Positions 8,697 through 17,851 of a stretch of 64,000 nucleotides of DNA are shown here, piece by piece. The notes under the pieces are model-generated. The model was not told where the DNA came from. It made no database searches and saw only the letters and a program-made list of their open reading frames with translations. Where the stretch lies: the NCBI GenBank assembly GCA_038145765.1, contig JAYQQG010000003.1, positions 8,485-72,484 of the forward strand, in the 5' to 3' direction. This DNA comes from Verrucomicrobiales bacterium. GTDB taxonomy: Bacteria; Verrucomicrobiota; Verrucomicrobiia; Limisphaerales; UBA1100. Made by a program: the position numbers and the translations under genes. Position 1 is the stretch's first letter; each line of letters begins with the position of its first letter.

Positions 8697-9568
8697 TAGG
8701 GAAACACCGCCACCGGCAGGTTGGTTTGCGCTCGCACCGTTTCAGCCATGGCCTCCAGTTCCGCCAGCTCCAGCTTGGTGGCACAGGCCTCCGGCGTGGG
8801 GCGCGCCACGGTGTATAGGTGCACCTCGCTGATCTGGCCGCCGGACTCGGTCAATTTGCGCAGCCGGCCGCAATAAGTCTCCAGTTCCGCTGCCGGCATC
8901 GGCTCGTCGTGCACTTTAAGGAACAGGCTTTGTATGATGATCGGGCGCACGCGCGATGTCTCAAGCAGGTTGTTCAGGATGCGGTCGAACTTCACATTGG
9001 AACGATTGACCGTGCGAAAATAGTCCTCCGTGCCGGCATCCAGCTTGCCCCAGATTTCGCCCAGATGGGCGTCCATGATTTTCAGCCCGCGTTGCACATC
9101 GGTTTTGTCCAGGCCGGCTGCGTCGGTGATGAGCACGATCTTGGTTTCATCAAGCCCCTCATTTTGCTGCACCTCCACCACTGTCTCCACGCACTCGGCA
9201 AAGTTGTGGATCATCGTCGGTTCGCCGTCACCGCTGAAGGCGATGTCCTTCACTTCGCGCGTGAGCCAGGGCACCTCGTCAAACTTCGGCTCCTTGGCCA
9301 GCCCGCCATCCTTGGCAAAGCGCACCATGGCCGTCAGTTCATCCTGCATCTGGCGCAGATCCACCTCGGTCACCGCGCCGGGGATGCGGCGATCTACCTC
9401 GCAGTAAATGCAGTCGAAATTGCATATCTTGTCGGGGTTGAGATTGACCCCGATGGAAAGCCCCTGGCTGCGGCGCGAGATGACGGGGTACACGAAGGTG
9501 AAATCCGAAAAGTGCCGCGTGTGATCCTGCACCGCCGCCCAGCTGGATTTGATTTCGCCGTCGCTCAT
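8696..9568 (-). CDS. Radical SAM protein (COG0731-like Fe-S oxidoreductase)
   Basis: 'LSIGVNLNPDKICNFDCIYCEV' carries the CxxxCxxC cluster motif; 'IAFSGDGEPTM' is also present. Start set to 'MSDGEIK' (9568). Confidence 0.75.
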   Translation of the reverse strand: MSDGEIKSSWAAVQDHTRHFSDFTFVYPVISRRSQGLSIGVNLNPDKICNFDCIYCEVDRRIPGAVTEVDLRQMQDELTAMVRFAKDGGLAKEPKFDEVPWLTREVKDIAFSGDGEPTMIHNFAECVETVVEVQQNEGLDETKIVLITDAAGLDKTDVQRGLKIMDAHLGEIWGKLDAGTEDYFRTVNRSNVKFDRILNNLLETSRVRPIIIQSLFLKVHDEPMPAAELETYCGRLRKLTESGGQISEVHLYTVARPTPEACATKLELAELEAMAETVRAQTNLPVAVFP

Positions 9569-9617
9569 CCGCCCCCACTCTACGTTCGCCTCGTCCCCTT
9601 GCCAACGCCCAAGCGTG

Positions 9618-11024
9618 TCACCGGCCAAACCGATTTTTCACTTTTCCGTAGGTGCGTGAAGTACCGTCGTCACGGAATTGCTCCCACTGGTGCAATTTGC
9701 CTTCCCGATATTCAGACCGAAAACTCGGCGTGCCATCCTTATGCCACCCATGCCACATGCCCGCCCGCTCATTCATTAGAAAAAACCCCGTTATCTCTTT
9801 CTCGCCGTCCGGATGATAGTAGGTCACCTTTCCGTGTCTGTATCCGCCTGTGAATTCTACTTCTTCCCGCAACACACCCTGTTCATCCCACCGTTGCATG
9901 ACACCTTCCCGTTTGCCTTCCACCAGCTTGTACTTGAGTTGGGGCGTGCCATTGGGAAAATCGATCACCACCGTGCGATTGTTCAACAAATAGCGCGCCT
10001 TTACCTTCCGTTCCCTCTCCTTCAATTCGCGCTTCTTTTCGCGGGCTTCCTTGATTTCTGGCCAGAGGAATTCTCGGTGCTCCTTTGCCATTCGGTCCCT
10101 CTGTTCACGCCATTCCGGACCCCGTTTCACATCCGCCCATTTCACATAATTCCTGGCCGCCACTCCTGTCGGCCAATCTTCCACTTCTCCATGGCGATTG
10201 CGCCAGCGGGAATTGTGGGACCAGTTTCCCCAGATGGTCTGCCGTAAATCATGTAACTCCACCGCGCTGATGCGTTTCCGCCATTTGGCCGGGTCCATTT
10301 TGTAAATCCGCTGCATCCACTCATAAAGTTGCGGCCGCAAAAACTGCAGCATTTCAGAATTGCCAAAAAACGAATCCGAGGAGCAGGTGAAAAATTCTGC
10401 CCGATCGGTCGTGGCGTATTTCCGAATGGTTTTGCATCCAGTCCCTTTCTCCCAGGCATCGCAGATATCCTTGTACTCCGATTCGAGGAATGCCTCGTAT
10501 TCCTTTTTGGCTGCCGTGCAGTCAAAGTGGGGAACGCTTTCGAATGATTTATCCCGATAATCAATCATGTGAACAAATTCATGAATGGTAACGTCGCGAT
10601 TATCTTCGCCGTCTTCCATACCCCACAGAGTAGATTTCCAGCTTTGCTCAATCTTGCCTGATGGTGAGGCCCAGCCACCCCATGTGCCACTATCATCAAC
10701 CAAAGAGTCCGGATGAAAAACAAACGTGTGAAAGTGCGCCAAGTCCGCCTTGGACCGGTTGACAATCAAGGTACAGGCCAGAAAGGACACACACACCTTG
10801 GCCATTTCCGCATCCGGCTTTTTGCCGCCCTTCCAATCGGCCCATTGCCATTTCGTTCGATCCATAAACCACGGCACTAACTCCTCGACACATAAGGTCA
10901 ATTCTTCCGGCATTCGCCGATAGAGTGCCACATGTTTCTCCAAATGATCCCGCCACTTGGGTTTGAATGCGGGCGGGAACGGGGCCATGTGGGAAATGAT
11001 CGCCATGACAAGGTGCCATGACAC
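9618..11024 (-). CDS. MtfA/M90-like zinc metallopeptidase fused to C-terminal MORN-variant (YwqK-like) repeats
   Basis: 'HEFVHMIDY' is an HExxH motif in an MtfA-like context. The C-terminus has 'G..EG....W.E.G....E..F..G..HG' repeats. The start codon is uncertain. Confidence 0.6.
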   Translation of the reverse strand: MSWHLVMAIISHMAPFPPAFKPKWRDHLEKHVALYRRMPEELTLCVEELVPWFMDRTKWQWADWKGGKKPDAEMAKVCVSFLACTLIVNRSKADLAHFHTFVFHPDSLVDDSGTWGGWASPSGKIEQSWKSTLWGMEDGEDNRDVTIHEFVHMIDYRDKSFESVPHFDCTAAKKEYEAFLESEYKDICDAWEKGTGCKTIRKYATTDRAEFFTCSSDSFFGNSEMLQFLRPQLYEWMQRIYKMDPAKWRKRISAVELHDLRQTIWGNWSHNSRWRNRHGEVEDWPTGVAARNYVKWADVKRGPEWREQRDRMAKEHREFLWPEIKEAREKKRELKERERKVKARYLLNNRTVVIDFPNGTPQLKYKLVEGKREGVMQRWDEQGVLREEVEFTGGYRHGKVTYYHPDGEKEITGFFLMNERAGMWHGWHKDGTPSFRSEYREGKLHQWEQFRDDGTSRTYGKVKNRFGR

Positions 11025-11060
11025 AATGAAGCGGATTCTATTCCAAGCAGAAAGCGGGGC

Positions 11061-11834
11061 TCACATGCCCATGATCTGATAACCGCAATCGACGTAAAGC
11101 ACTTGGCCGGTGATGGCGGCGGCGCCGTCACTCGCTAGGAACGCGCCGGTGGCACCGAGTTCCTCTGGCAGCACGTTGCGTTGCAACGGCGCGTGCTCGG
11201 CATTGTGCTTTAGCATGTCGGTAAAGCCGGCGATGCCGCGGGCGGCGAGGGTGTTCACCGGGCCGGCACTGATGCAGTTCACGCGGATTTTTTGTGGACC
11301 CAAATCACTGGCAAGATAACGCGTACTCGCCTCGAGCGACGCCTTGGCCACGCCCATCACGTTGTAATGCGGTACCACGCGTTCGGCTCCAAGATAGCTC
11401 ATGGCCACAATGCTGCCGCCCTCGGTCATCAGGGGCGCAGCGGCCCGGCTCAGGGCCACCAACGAATACGCGCTTACGTCATGCGCCAGACGAAACGCCT
11501 CGCGGGTGGTCCCCACAAAGGTGCCTTCCAACGCCTCCTTGGGCGCGAACGCGACGGAATGCAGCATCAGGTCCAGTGAGCCGCCAAACTTTTCGCCCAC
11601 CTCGTTGAACACGCGGTCGATATGGTCGTCCTGCGTCACGTCGCACTCGGTGATCAGCGTGTCGTCGCCGAAGGTCTCGGCCAATTGCGTCACGTTATCC
11701 TTGAGCCGCTCGCCCTGATAGGTGAACGCCAGCTCCGCGCCTTCTTCCTTCCACGCCTGCGCAATCGCCCACGCGATCGATCGCTTATTGGCCACGCCGA
11801 ACACCACGCCTTTTTTGCCGGATAAAATGCCCAT
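11061..11834 (-). CDS. fabI: Enoyl-[acyl-carrier-protein] reductase (NADH)
   Basis: 'MGILSGKKGVVFGVANKRSIAW', 'SYLGAERVVPHYNVMGVAKASLE' and 'IRVNCISAGP' motifs. Start at ATG 11834. Confidence 0.9.
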   Translation of the reverse strand: MGILSGKKGVVFGVANKRSIAWAIAQAWKEEGAELAFTYQGERLKDNVTQLAETFGDDTLITECDVTQDDHIDRVFNEVGEKFGGSLDLMLHSVAFAPKEALEGTFVGTTREAFRLAHDVSAYSLVALSRAAAPLMTEGGSIVAMSYLGAERVVPHYNVMGVAKASLEASTRYLASDLGPQKIRVNCISAGPVNTLAARGIAGFTDMLKHNAEHAPLQRNVLPEELGATGAFLASDGAAAITGQVLYVDCGYQIMGM

Positions 11835-11913
11835 GACCCCGCCAGCCCTACGGAAAACTCCCCGCCCGCGCAAGGCACAATTGTTCCGAGGCGCCGACGA
11901 TGGTAAACCTGCG

Positions 11914-14763
11914 CTAAACCAACCCTTTCACGCGGCGGAGAATCCATTCGGCGGTGAGCAGGAGCATGATGGGGACGAACCACCAGTAGCTTTGCCAAAG
12001 CTGGGTTTCACGGAGAATGTCGCGCCGGTCGCTGGCGGGCCCCAGCAGTTCCACTAGGCGTTGCATCTCCTCTTCGCGATAGTATTCGCCACCGGAATCC
12101 TCGGCGATTTGGCGCAGGAGCAGTTCATCACAATGCAACCGGCCCAGTTCGCCAAAGGGATTGGCCGCCACGGTGAATGCTGTGCTGGCCTTGATCAGTC
12201 CATCGGGCACTCCGGGGATCCTGACGCGCACTTCGTAATCGCCTGATTCCAGCGGGGCCGTTTCGCCGCGGAAGGTAAAGGACTGCGGGTCGGGGGCCAG
12301 AGGCACTACTCCAACGACGCGTCCTTCACGGACGATAACCGCCTCGGGCTTGAGATTAGGGTTGGCCGCCAGTTGTGGGTTGGTGATGCGCACGCGAATG
12401 GCGGCGGTTTCCTCCAGCTCATACGTGGTGGGGCCGGAGTCTAGCGCAATGTAGGCATCCTGCACGGCAAAAGGCGGCTCCATGATCCATTTGGCCACTT
12501 GATTCCAGTACCGTTGATGGTGCAGGTCGGCGACTCCCTTGCGCCAGCGCCATGATTCATCGAAGGCGGAATACAAGACTCGACCGGCTCCGAACCGGCG
12601 AAACACGAGCCCGGGAATCGCCGCCTGCGTGTTGACATCCACAATTTCTAACAACGTTTCCGCCCCGGGCAACGCCTCGGACAGGGCAGCCCATCGTGGG
12701 CCGGGCAGGTCATTCCAAATTTGTAAATTGGCGGCAGAATCGGCCGCGAGCATCAAGGGGGCCTGTGCGCCTCCGGCACTCCGAAAGCGCAACGCGGTGT
12801 TCAAGCTTCTGAGCTCGGTTTGGCCTTGGGCGGCCAGTTTAACCGGCAGCAAATCATACACGGGTGTCCCGGAGAAGTTGAACTGCCGTTCCATGCGGCC
12901 ATCGATAAAAATCATGCCGCCACCGTTCAGTTGCACAAAATCACGCATCCACTGCAATTCGATTGGCTCAAACATGTCCTTGCCGACATCCCCCACGATG
13001 ATGAGCTGATACTGGAAGAGTAAATCGCGCGTGTTGGGGAATTGCCCAAGCTGATTGCCGCGAGCCCCAAGCGGCGGCGTGCCCGCATTGGTCCAGTCAG
13101 CCTGGATCGTGTTGATCTCCCAGCGCTCATCGCGCTCCAAAAGATTTCGTAAATAGCGAAACTCCCAGCGCGGCCGGGAATCCACCAACAGGATCCGGGG
13201 TTTTTGAGTCACCACATTGACCCGCAATGTGCCCGCGTTGTTGTCGTCTTTTGATTCCCCTTCGATCGGGGGGATCACTACATTGAACGCCAGCGGCAAG
13301 TTTGAGAATCGCAGGTCCTTGCTTAAGCGGGTCTGCTCCGCCGCCACAATGTTTTTGATTGGGAAATCAAACGGCAGCTTGCGGCGTTTGCGGGCGGTGA
13401 CAAATTCCCGCTGCCACACCGGCACCCCATGATGCTCTATTCGCACGGTGAACGGTTTGCCTGGGTCCATGCCGTCCTGCACAATCACGTGGCCGGCCAA
13501 TCGCGCATCGGGATACACGGCACTCGGTGTCTCGGCCTTGAGCACGGCCAAGTCCCGCGCCACCTCCGTGGTGCCCATCCCCACAACATGCACGGGAATG
13601 CCGCGATCTTTCAACTGCACGGCCATCGTCAACGGCGACGTCCCCTCCACATTATGCTGGCCGTCGGTGAACAGGACGGCAAAAAGTTTTTCCGCCGGAT
13701 TTTCTGAAATCGCTCCTTCCAAAAGGCCCGTCGCCAAATCGGTCACCATGTTGGTGGCGGCAACGGGCAGCGTGCGCGGAGTTGCCAGTGGCCTGTCTTC
13801 CGATTCGGTTTCCTCCTCGGCAACTTCGGCATCCACGTTGCCAAGAGCCCCGGGATGCCAAAGCATTTGAAAACGGCGTGCGGTGAGGGCCAGCAATTCC
13901 ACATGATGCTCGGCCGCCAGTTGATTCACCAATCCGCCTGCCCCTTCCAGCAAGTGTGTTTCCAGCCGTTGCCAGCGAGGCGTCCGGTCGAACCGCTCGA
14001 CGGCCGCACGTGTATCTGGATCCAGCGCATCCAAAGCGGCCGCCCCTTGAGGGAGTAAATCCCGAATCGTTTGCTCCCATCGATCGACCACCGATTGCAG
14101 TGCCAATAGCGCGGCTTTGTCGTTTTCATCAGCCTGTTCCGGATCCACTTTGAGGAATGGATCCAGCAGATCGGCTTTGAAGGCATCGAGGTCGTTGCCT
14201 GTCCAGCCAACCAGTTTCATGTCTTCCAGATACTGGACTGCTTGCTGGGTTGTCCGCTCTCCCTCCTCCACGTGCCGGCGCAAATTATTGGCCGTATCCG
14301 CGGCCATCGCAGTGAGCACCCGCCGCAGCTCTCCCAAGCGATCCAACGCATCCCCGGCCGCCGCTTCATCGGCACCGCCTTCCAGCCAGCCGAGCCGGCG
14401 AAGGATTCGCAGCTTGCGCTGGGTTTCCATTTGCTCATCGGTCGCCTTCATGCTGGCCGACGCATCGACGTACAGCAACACGCGCGCGGTGGTGCCGACG
14501 GATGTTCGGTTTTGAAGAACGGGCCCGGAGAGCATCATCACAACCAGCATCACCGTCAGGCCGCGCAACACCGGCAGCAGCCACAGCCCCGTGGTGGTGC
14601 GTCCGCGCAGATCTCCACGATAAATCCATGCAGCCAAACCTGCCGCACCCAGCCCGATCAGGCCTGCCAGCCACCACGTCAGGTCCCCAGAAAAATGCAG
14701 CCGCGTGCCCTCCACGGTTTTTGCCGCAAACATCGGGAACGTACTAAACATGCCTGTTAACAT
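11914..14763 (-). CDS. Large membrane protein with vWA-like domain and class-I-glutamine-amidotransferase-like module (terminal gene of the Bat-like operon)
   Basis: N-terminal TM helices; 'VLLYVDASASM...FAVLFTDGQHN' is vWA/MIDAS-like; C-terminal TM 'WWFVPIMLLLTAEWILRR'. Start ATG 14763 lies 1 nt after the upstream stop. Confidence 0.7.
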   Translation of the reverse strand: MLTGMFSTFPMFAAKTVEGTRLHFSGDLTWWLAGLIGLGAAGLAAWIYRGDLRGRTTTGLWLLPVLRGLTVMLVVMMLSGPVLQNRTSVGTTARVLLYVDASASMKATDEQMETQRKLRILRRLGWLEGGADEAAAGDALDRLGELRRVLTAMAADTANNLRRHVEEGERTTQQAVQYLEDMKLVGWTGNDLDAFKADLLDPFLKVDPEQADENDKAALLALQSVVDRWEQTIRDLLPQGAAALDALDPDTRAAVERFDRTPRWQRLETHLLEGAGGLVNQLAAEHHVELLALTARRFQMLWHPGALGNVDAEVAEEETESEDRPLATPRTLPVAATNMVTDLATGLLEGAISENPAEKLFAVLFTDGQHNVEGTSPLTMAVQLKDRGIPVHVVGMGTTEVARDLAVLKAETPSAVYPDARLAGHVIVQDGMDPGKPFTVRIEHHGVPVWQREFVTARKRRKLPFDFPIKNIVAAEQTRLSKDLRFSNLPLAFNVVIPPIEGESKDDNNAGTLRVNVVTQKPRILLVDSRPRWEFRYLRNLLERDERWEINTIQADWTNAGTPPLGARGNQLGQFPNTRDLLFQYQLIIVGDVGKDMFEPIELQWMRDFVQLNGGGMIFIDGRMERQFNFSGTPVYDLLPVKLAAQGQTELRSLNTALRFRSAGGAQAPLMLAADSAANLQIWNDLPGPRWAALSEALPGAETLLEIVDVNTQAAIPGLVFRRFGAGRVLYSAFDESWRWRKGVADLHHQRYWNQVAKWIMEPPFAVQDAYIALDSGPTTYELEETAAIRVRITNPQLAANPNLKPEAVIVREGRVVGVVPLAPDPQSFTFRGETAPLESGDYEVRVRIPGVPDGLIKASTAFTVAANPFGELGRLHCDELLLRQIAEDSGGEYYREEEMQRLVELLGPASDRRDILRETQLWQSYWWFVPIMLLLTAEWILRRVKGLV

Positions 14764-14764
14764 C

Positions 14765-16930
14765 TTAACCCGAAACCCGCTGACGCGCCATGCGCCGCTC
14801 CAGCCACAGTTCAAAAAAAAGGACGAACAACACCAGAGCAAAAATCGGTTTCCAGATCTCCTGTCCAAACCGGCGCGTCTGATCGAGTTGTCGATACTCG
14901 TCGAGATCCTGCACCAACTCCGCTCCCATGTCTGCCGCAACGGCTCGGCGTTCCTCCGAGGTCAGCTGCTTGAGATCGCTCTCACTGCGGCGGGTGTTGA
15001 CCACAAAATGAATCGCCTCCCCATCCGGCCCTTGCATGGTGTAGAGCCCCGGACGCGCGGTGTCTTCATACGTGGCCACGCCCCGCCCGCCTCTTAATTC
15101 GATCGGCAGCGCCCTCTGTTCGTTTTGGGTATCCGTGACCACCACCTCCCGGCCGGCTTGAGCGGCGGGGAAATGCGCCACCGCCTTCTCGCTGACTCCC
15201 AAATTGCGGGGAGGCATCACGGAGGAAGCCAAGTAGGTACACAATCGTTGCGTCAAGGGCACAAAAACCGGCCGCAACGGCAGCGAGCTCCATGCGTCAT
15301 CGCAGGCGGTGGCACAGAATAATACCCGCCCGTTGCCATATTGTTTCTCGATCAGAAAAGCGTCCCCGGTTTCCAGCCGCGCCAAGGTGCGCACGAGATC
15401 ATTGTCCGGATCCTCCACAGTTCGGTGCCATTGACGCATTTCGGCGGACGCCAAATCGCCATTGCGCGGGTTACTAAAAATCTGTAAAGCCGGATGATCA
15501 AACCGTTGTCCAACCACGCGGGTGAATGGCTCGGCATCCTGTTGTTTATCGGCCACCTCGCCGAGCCGTGCGGGCAACAGCCCGTAGGGGAGCAGCTGAT
15601 CGTTGTACCAGCGTTGATCAACTTGGTCCCCGCCGAAAATCATCAGACCGCCACCGTCTTTGACAAACGTCTGCAGTTCGTTCAGCTGACTGCGCTGCAG
15701 CTGGCTCACATTGGCCAACACCACCACGCGCGTCTCCCCAATTGCTGCCGCGTTGAAATCAGCCACATGGATGATGCGGGTTTCCAGAAGATCCACCAAT
15801 TCCGGCTCCCTCCCTTCACGGTACGGCTGCAGGGCAATCTGCAAAAAATCCGTTTCCCCTTTCAGCGGCTCGGTACTGGGGGCGCCGTTGATCACGAGCA
15901 CCGGCACTTTATCCCAAACCGGGATGCTGGCGCGGAACACATTATCCGCCTTGAGACTGTCCGCATCGGTGACAACTTCAACCACATGTGAACCGGGCGC
16001 ATCAAATGCATGGCGAAACTGCACTTGCCGGCGTTCACCCGCGCCCAACGGTATTTGTTGTTCGTCCACCGGTTTACCGTCCGCATGGAAGATCACCCGC
16101 AATGCATCGTGATTGCGCTCCCCGTAGTTACGCAGTGATGCCTGAATCGTGACGGTCTGGTTCACGCCCAATAACAAATGCGAGGAGGCGACCGTTTCCA
16201 CACACACATTTTCCCGGCCTTCGGCTCCGACATGAAACAGCGTGAGGTTGGGCGGCATTTCCATTCTCTGTAATTGCTGCCCCACCCGCGTGCGCAAGGC
16301 CGCCTCGCCTTCCTCGGTCGGCCAGCTGATCCGTTGAAAATCGCTGATCAGAACCATCTCACGGTGCGGATGGTTCATCTGCATCAATTGCTCTGCGCCG
16401 TGCTCCAGTGAGGTGCTCACTTGCGCCTGGCCGAAACCGGCCTGCATCGACTTGAGTTCGCCCGCCACGGCTTCCGTGTTGAATACGGCGGTGTCGTATA
16501 GGCTTGATTGGGGATCGCTCATCAACACAATGTTCACATCCGACCCGCGTTGCAACTCCTGCACCAGCTCGGCGGCGGTGTCGCGCGCTTTCTCAAAATT
16601 GGTCCCACCCGCGCCCTTGAAATCCAAGGAATAGCTGTTATCTAACACCACCAATAGTGACGTCTTGGCGTTGGACCATAAAGCGGCCGTGCCCTTGAGA
16701 ATCGGGCGAGCCATGCACAGTGCCAATAAAACGGGAATCGCGCAGCGCAGCAACATGAGCAACCAATGCTCGAAGCGCAGCCGGCGTTGCTGGGATTTAA
16801 GCGTTAACTCAATCAGATGCATCGCGCCCCATTTCACTTCGCGATGCTGACTCTTGCTGATGAGATGCACGAGGATGGGAATCGCCGCCGCGGCCGCGCC
16901 CCCGATCAGTGCGAGATTCATGAAACTCAT
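14765..16930 (-). CDS. BatA-domain (aerotolerance regulator N-terminal) / vWA domain membrane protein
   Basis: 'MSFMNLALIGGAAAAAIPILVHLI' is a BatA-type N-terminus. 'LLVVLDNSYSLDF' is a DxSxS MIDAS motif. C-terminal TM present. The start overlaps the DUF58 stop (ATGA). Confidence 0.75.
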   Translation of the reverse strand: MSFMNLALIGGAAAAAIPILVHLISKSQHREVKWGAMHLIELTLKSQQRRLRFEHWLLMLLRCAIPVLLALCMARPILKGTAALWSNAKTSLLVVLDNSYSLDFKGAGGTNFEKARDTAAELVQELQRGSDVNIVLMSDPQSSLYDTAVFNTEAVAGELKSMQAGFGQAQVSTSLEHGAEQLMQMNHPHREMVLISDFQRISWPTEEGEAALRTRVGQQLQRMEMPPNLTLFHVGAEGRENVCVETVASSHLLLGVNQTVTIQASLRNYGERNHDALRVIFHADGKPVDEQQIPLGAGERRQVQFRHAFDAPGSHVVEVVTDADSLKADNVFRASIPVWDKVPVLVINGAPSTEPLKGETDFLQIALQPYREGREPELVDLLETRIIHVADFNAAAIGETRVVVLANVSQLQRSQLNELQTFVKDGGGLMIFGGDQVDQRWYNDQLLPYGLLPARLGEVADKQQDAEPFTRVVGQRFDHPALQIFSNPRNGDLASAEMRQWHRTVEDPDNDLVRTLARLETGDAFLIEKQYGNGRVLFCATACDDAWSSLPLRPVFVPLTQRLCTYLASSVMPPRNLGVSEKAVAHFPAAQAGREVVVTDTQNEQRALPIELRGGRGVATYEDTARPGLYTMQGPDGEAIHFVVNTRRSESDLKQLTSEERRAVAADMGAELVQDLDEYRQLDQTRRFGQEIWKPIFALVLFVLFFELWLERRMARQRVSG

Positions 16931-17826
16931 GCCACCCCCTGTCGTTGGCGCAAAAACCTCGCCAAGCAATCGGTGAGGCTCTCATGCGTGTACATTGGGA
17001 CCAATTCAATGCGATGGCGCTGGCAACCCTCCTTCAGCGCGCTGGTGAATTTCGCGAAATTATCCAGATACGCAGCGCGGAAACTAGCCGGATCGACCAT
17101 GCGGAATTCTCCGGCCATTTCCAAATTCTCAAACCGCGTCCACGCATCAAAGGGAAATTCCACCTCATCGCGGTCCATCACATGAAAGATCACCACTTCA
17201 TGCGAAGCATGACGGAAATGGGCCAGTGACTGGAGCAGCTCTTTGACGTCGGTGAAACAGTCAGACAAAATGAATATCATTCCGCGCTTTTGAAGGCGCG
17301 GCACTATGTCGTGAAACACCTTGGAAAGATCGGTCTCCCCGCCCGGCTGCGTGTTCAGCATTTCCTCGTACAGCACCCGCAGATGGCGGGTACTGGACCT
17401 CGGCGGAATGTGGGCCCGAATGCGCGTGTCAAAGGTCATGAGGCCGATGCTGTCGCTCTGCTTCATGATAATGTGGGCCAGACAGGCGGCGAGTTTGAGG
17501 GCGTGCTGCAGCTTGGTTTGGCCGCTTTCTCCGGCGTAGGCCATGCTGCCACTGGCATCCACCAGCACCATCGCCCGCAAATTCGTTTCCTCCTCGTACT
17601 CGCGCACATAATAGCGATCGGTCTTGGCGAATACCTTCCAGTCCACCCGGCGAATTTCATCGCCCTGCACATATTCGCGGTGTTGGGCAAACTCTACACT
17701 GAAGCCCTTGTGCGGCGAGCGGTGCATGCCGGTGATCGCCCCTTCAACCGCCTGCTTCGCCATCAGTTGAAGGTTGGCGATGCTTTGCAGCTCTTCGGGC
17801 TGCAACATGTCGGTTAACGGAGCCAT
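16927..17826 (-). CDS. DUF58 domain protein (vWA-like, MoxR partner)
   Basis: 'GMHRSPHKGFSVEFAQHREYVQGDEIRRVDWKVFAKTDRYYVREYEEETN' and 'VLVDASGSM' motifs. Start set to 'MAPLTDML' (17826). Confidence 0.8.
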   Translation of the reverse strand: MAPLTDMLQPEELQSIANLQLMAKQAVEGAITGMHRSPHKGFSVEFAQHREYVQGDEIRRVDWKVFAKTDRYYVREYEEETNLRAMVLVDASGSMAYAGESGQTKLQHALKLAACLAHIIMKQSDSIGLMTFDTRIRAHIPPRSSTRHLRVLYEEMLNTQPGGETDLSKVFHDIVPRLQKRGMIFILSDCFTDVKELLQSLAHFRHASHEVVIFHVMDRDEVEFPFDAWTRFENLEMAGEFRMVDPASFRAAYLDNFAKFTSALKEGCQRHRIELVPMYTHESLTDCLARFLRQRQGVA

Positions 17827-17851
17827 GAATTGAGCGACGCCGACCAGGGCA

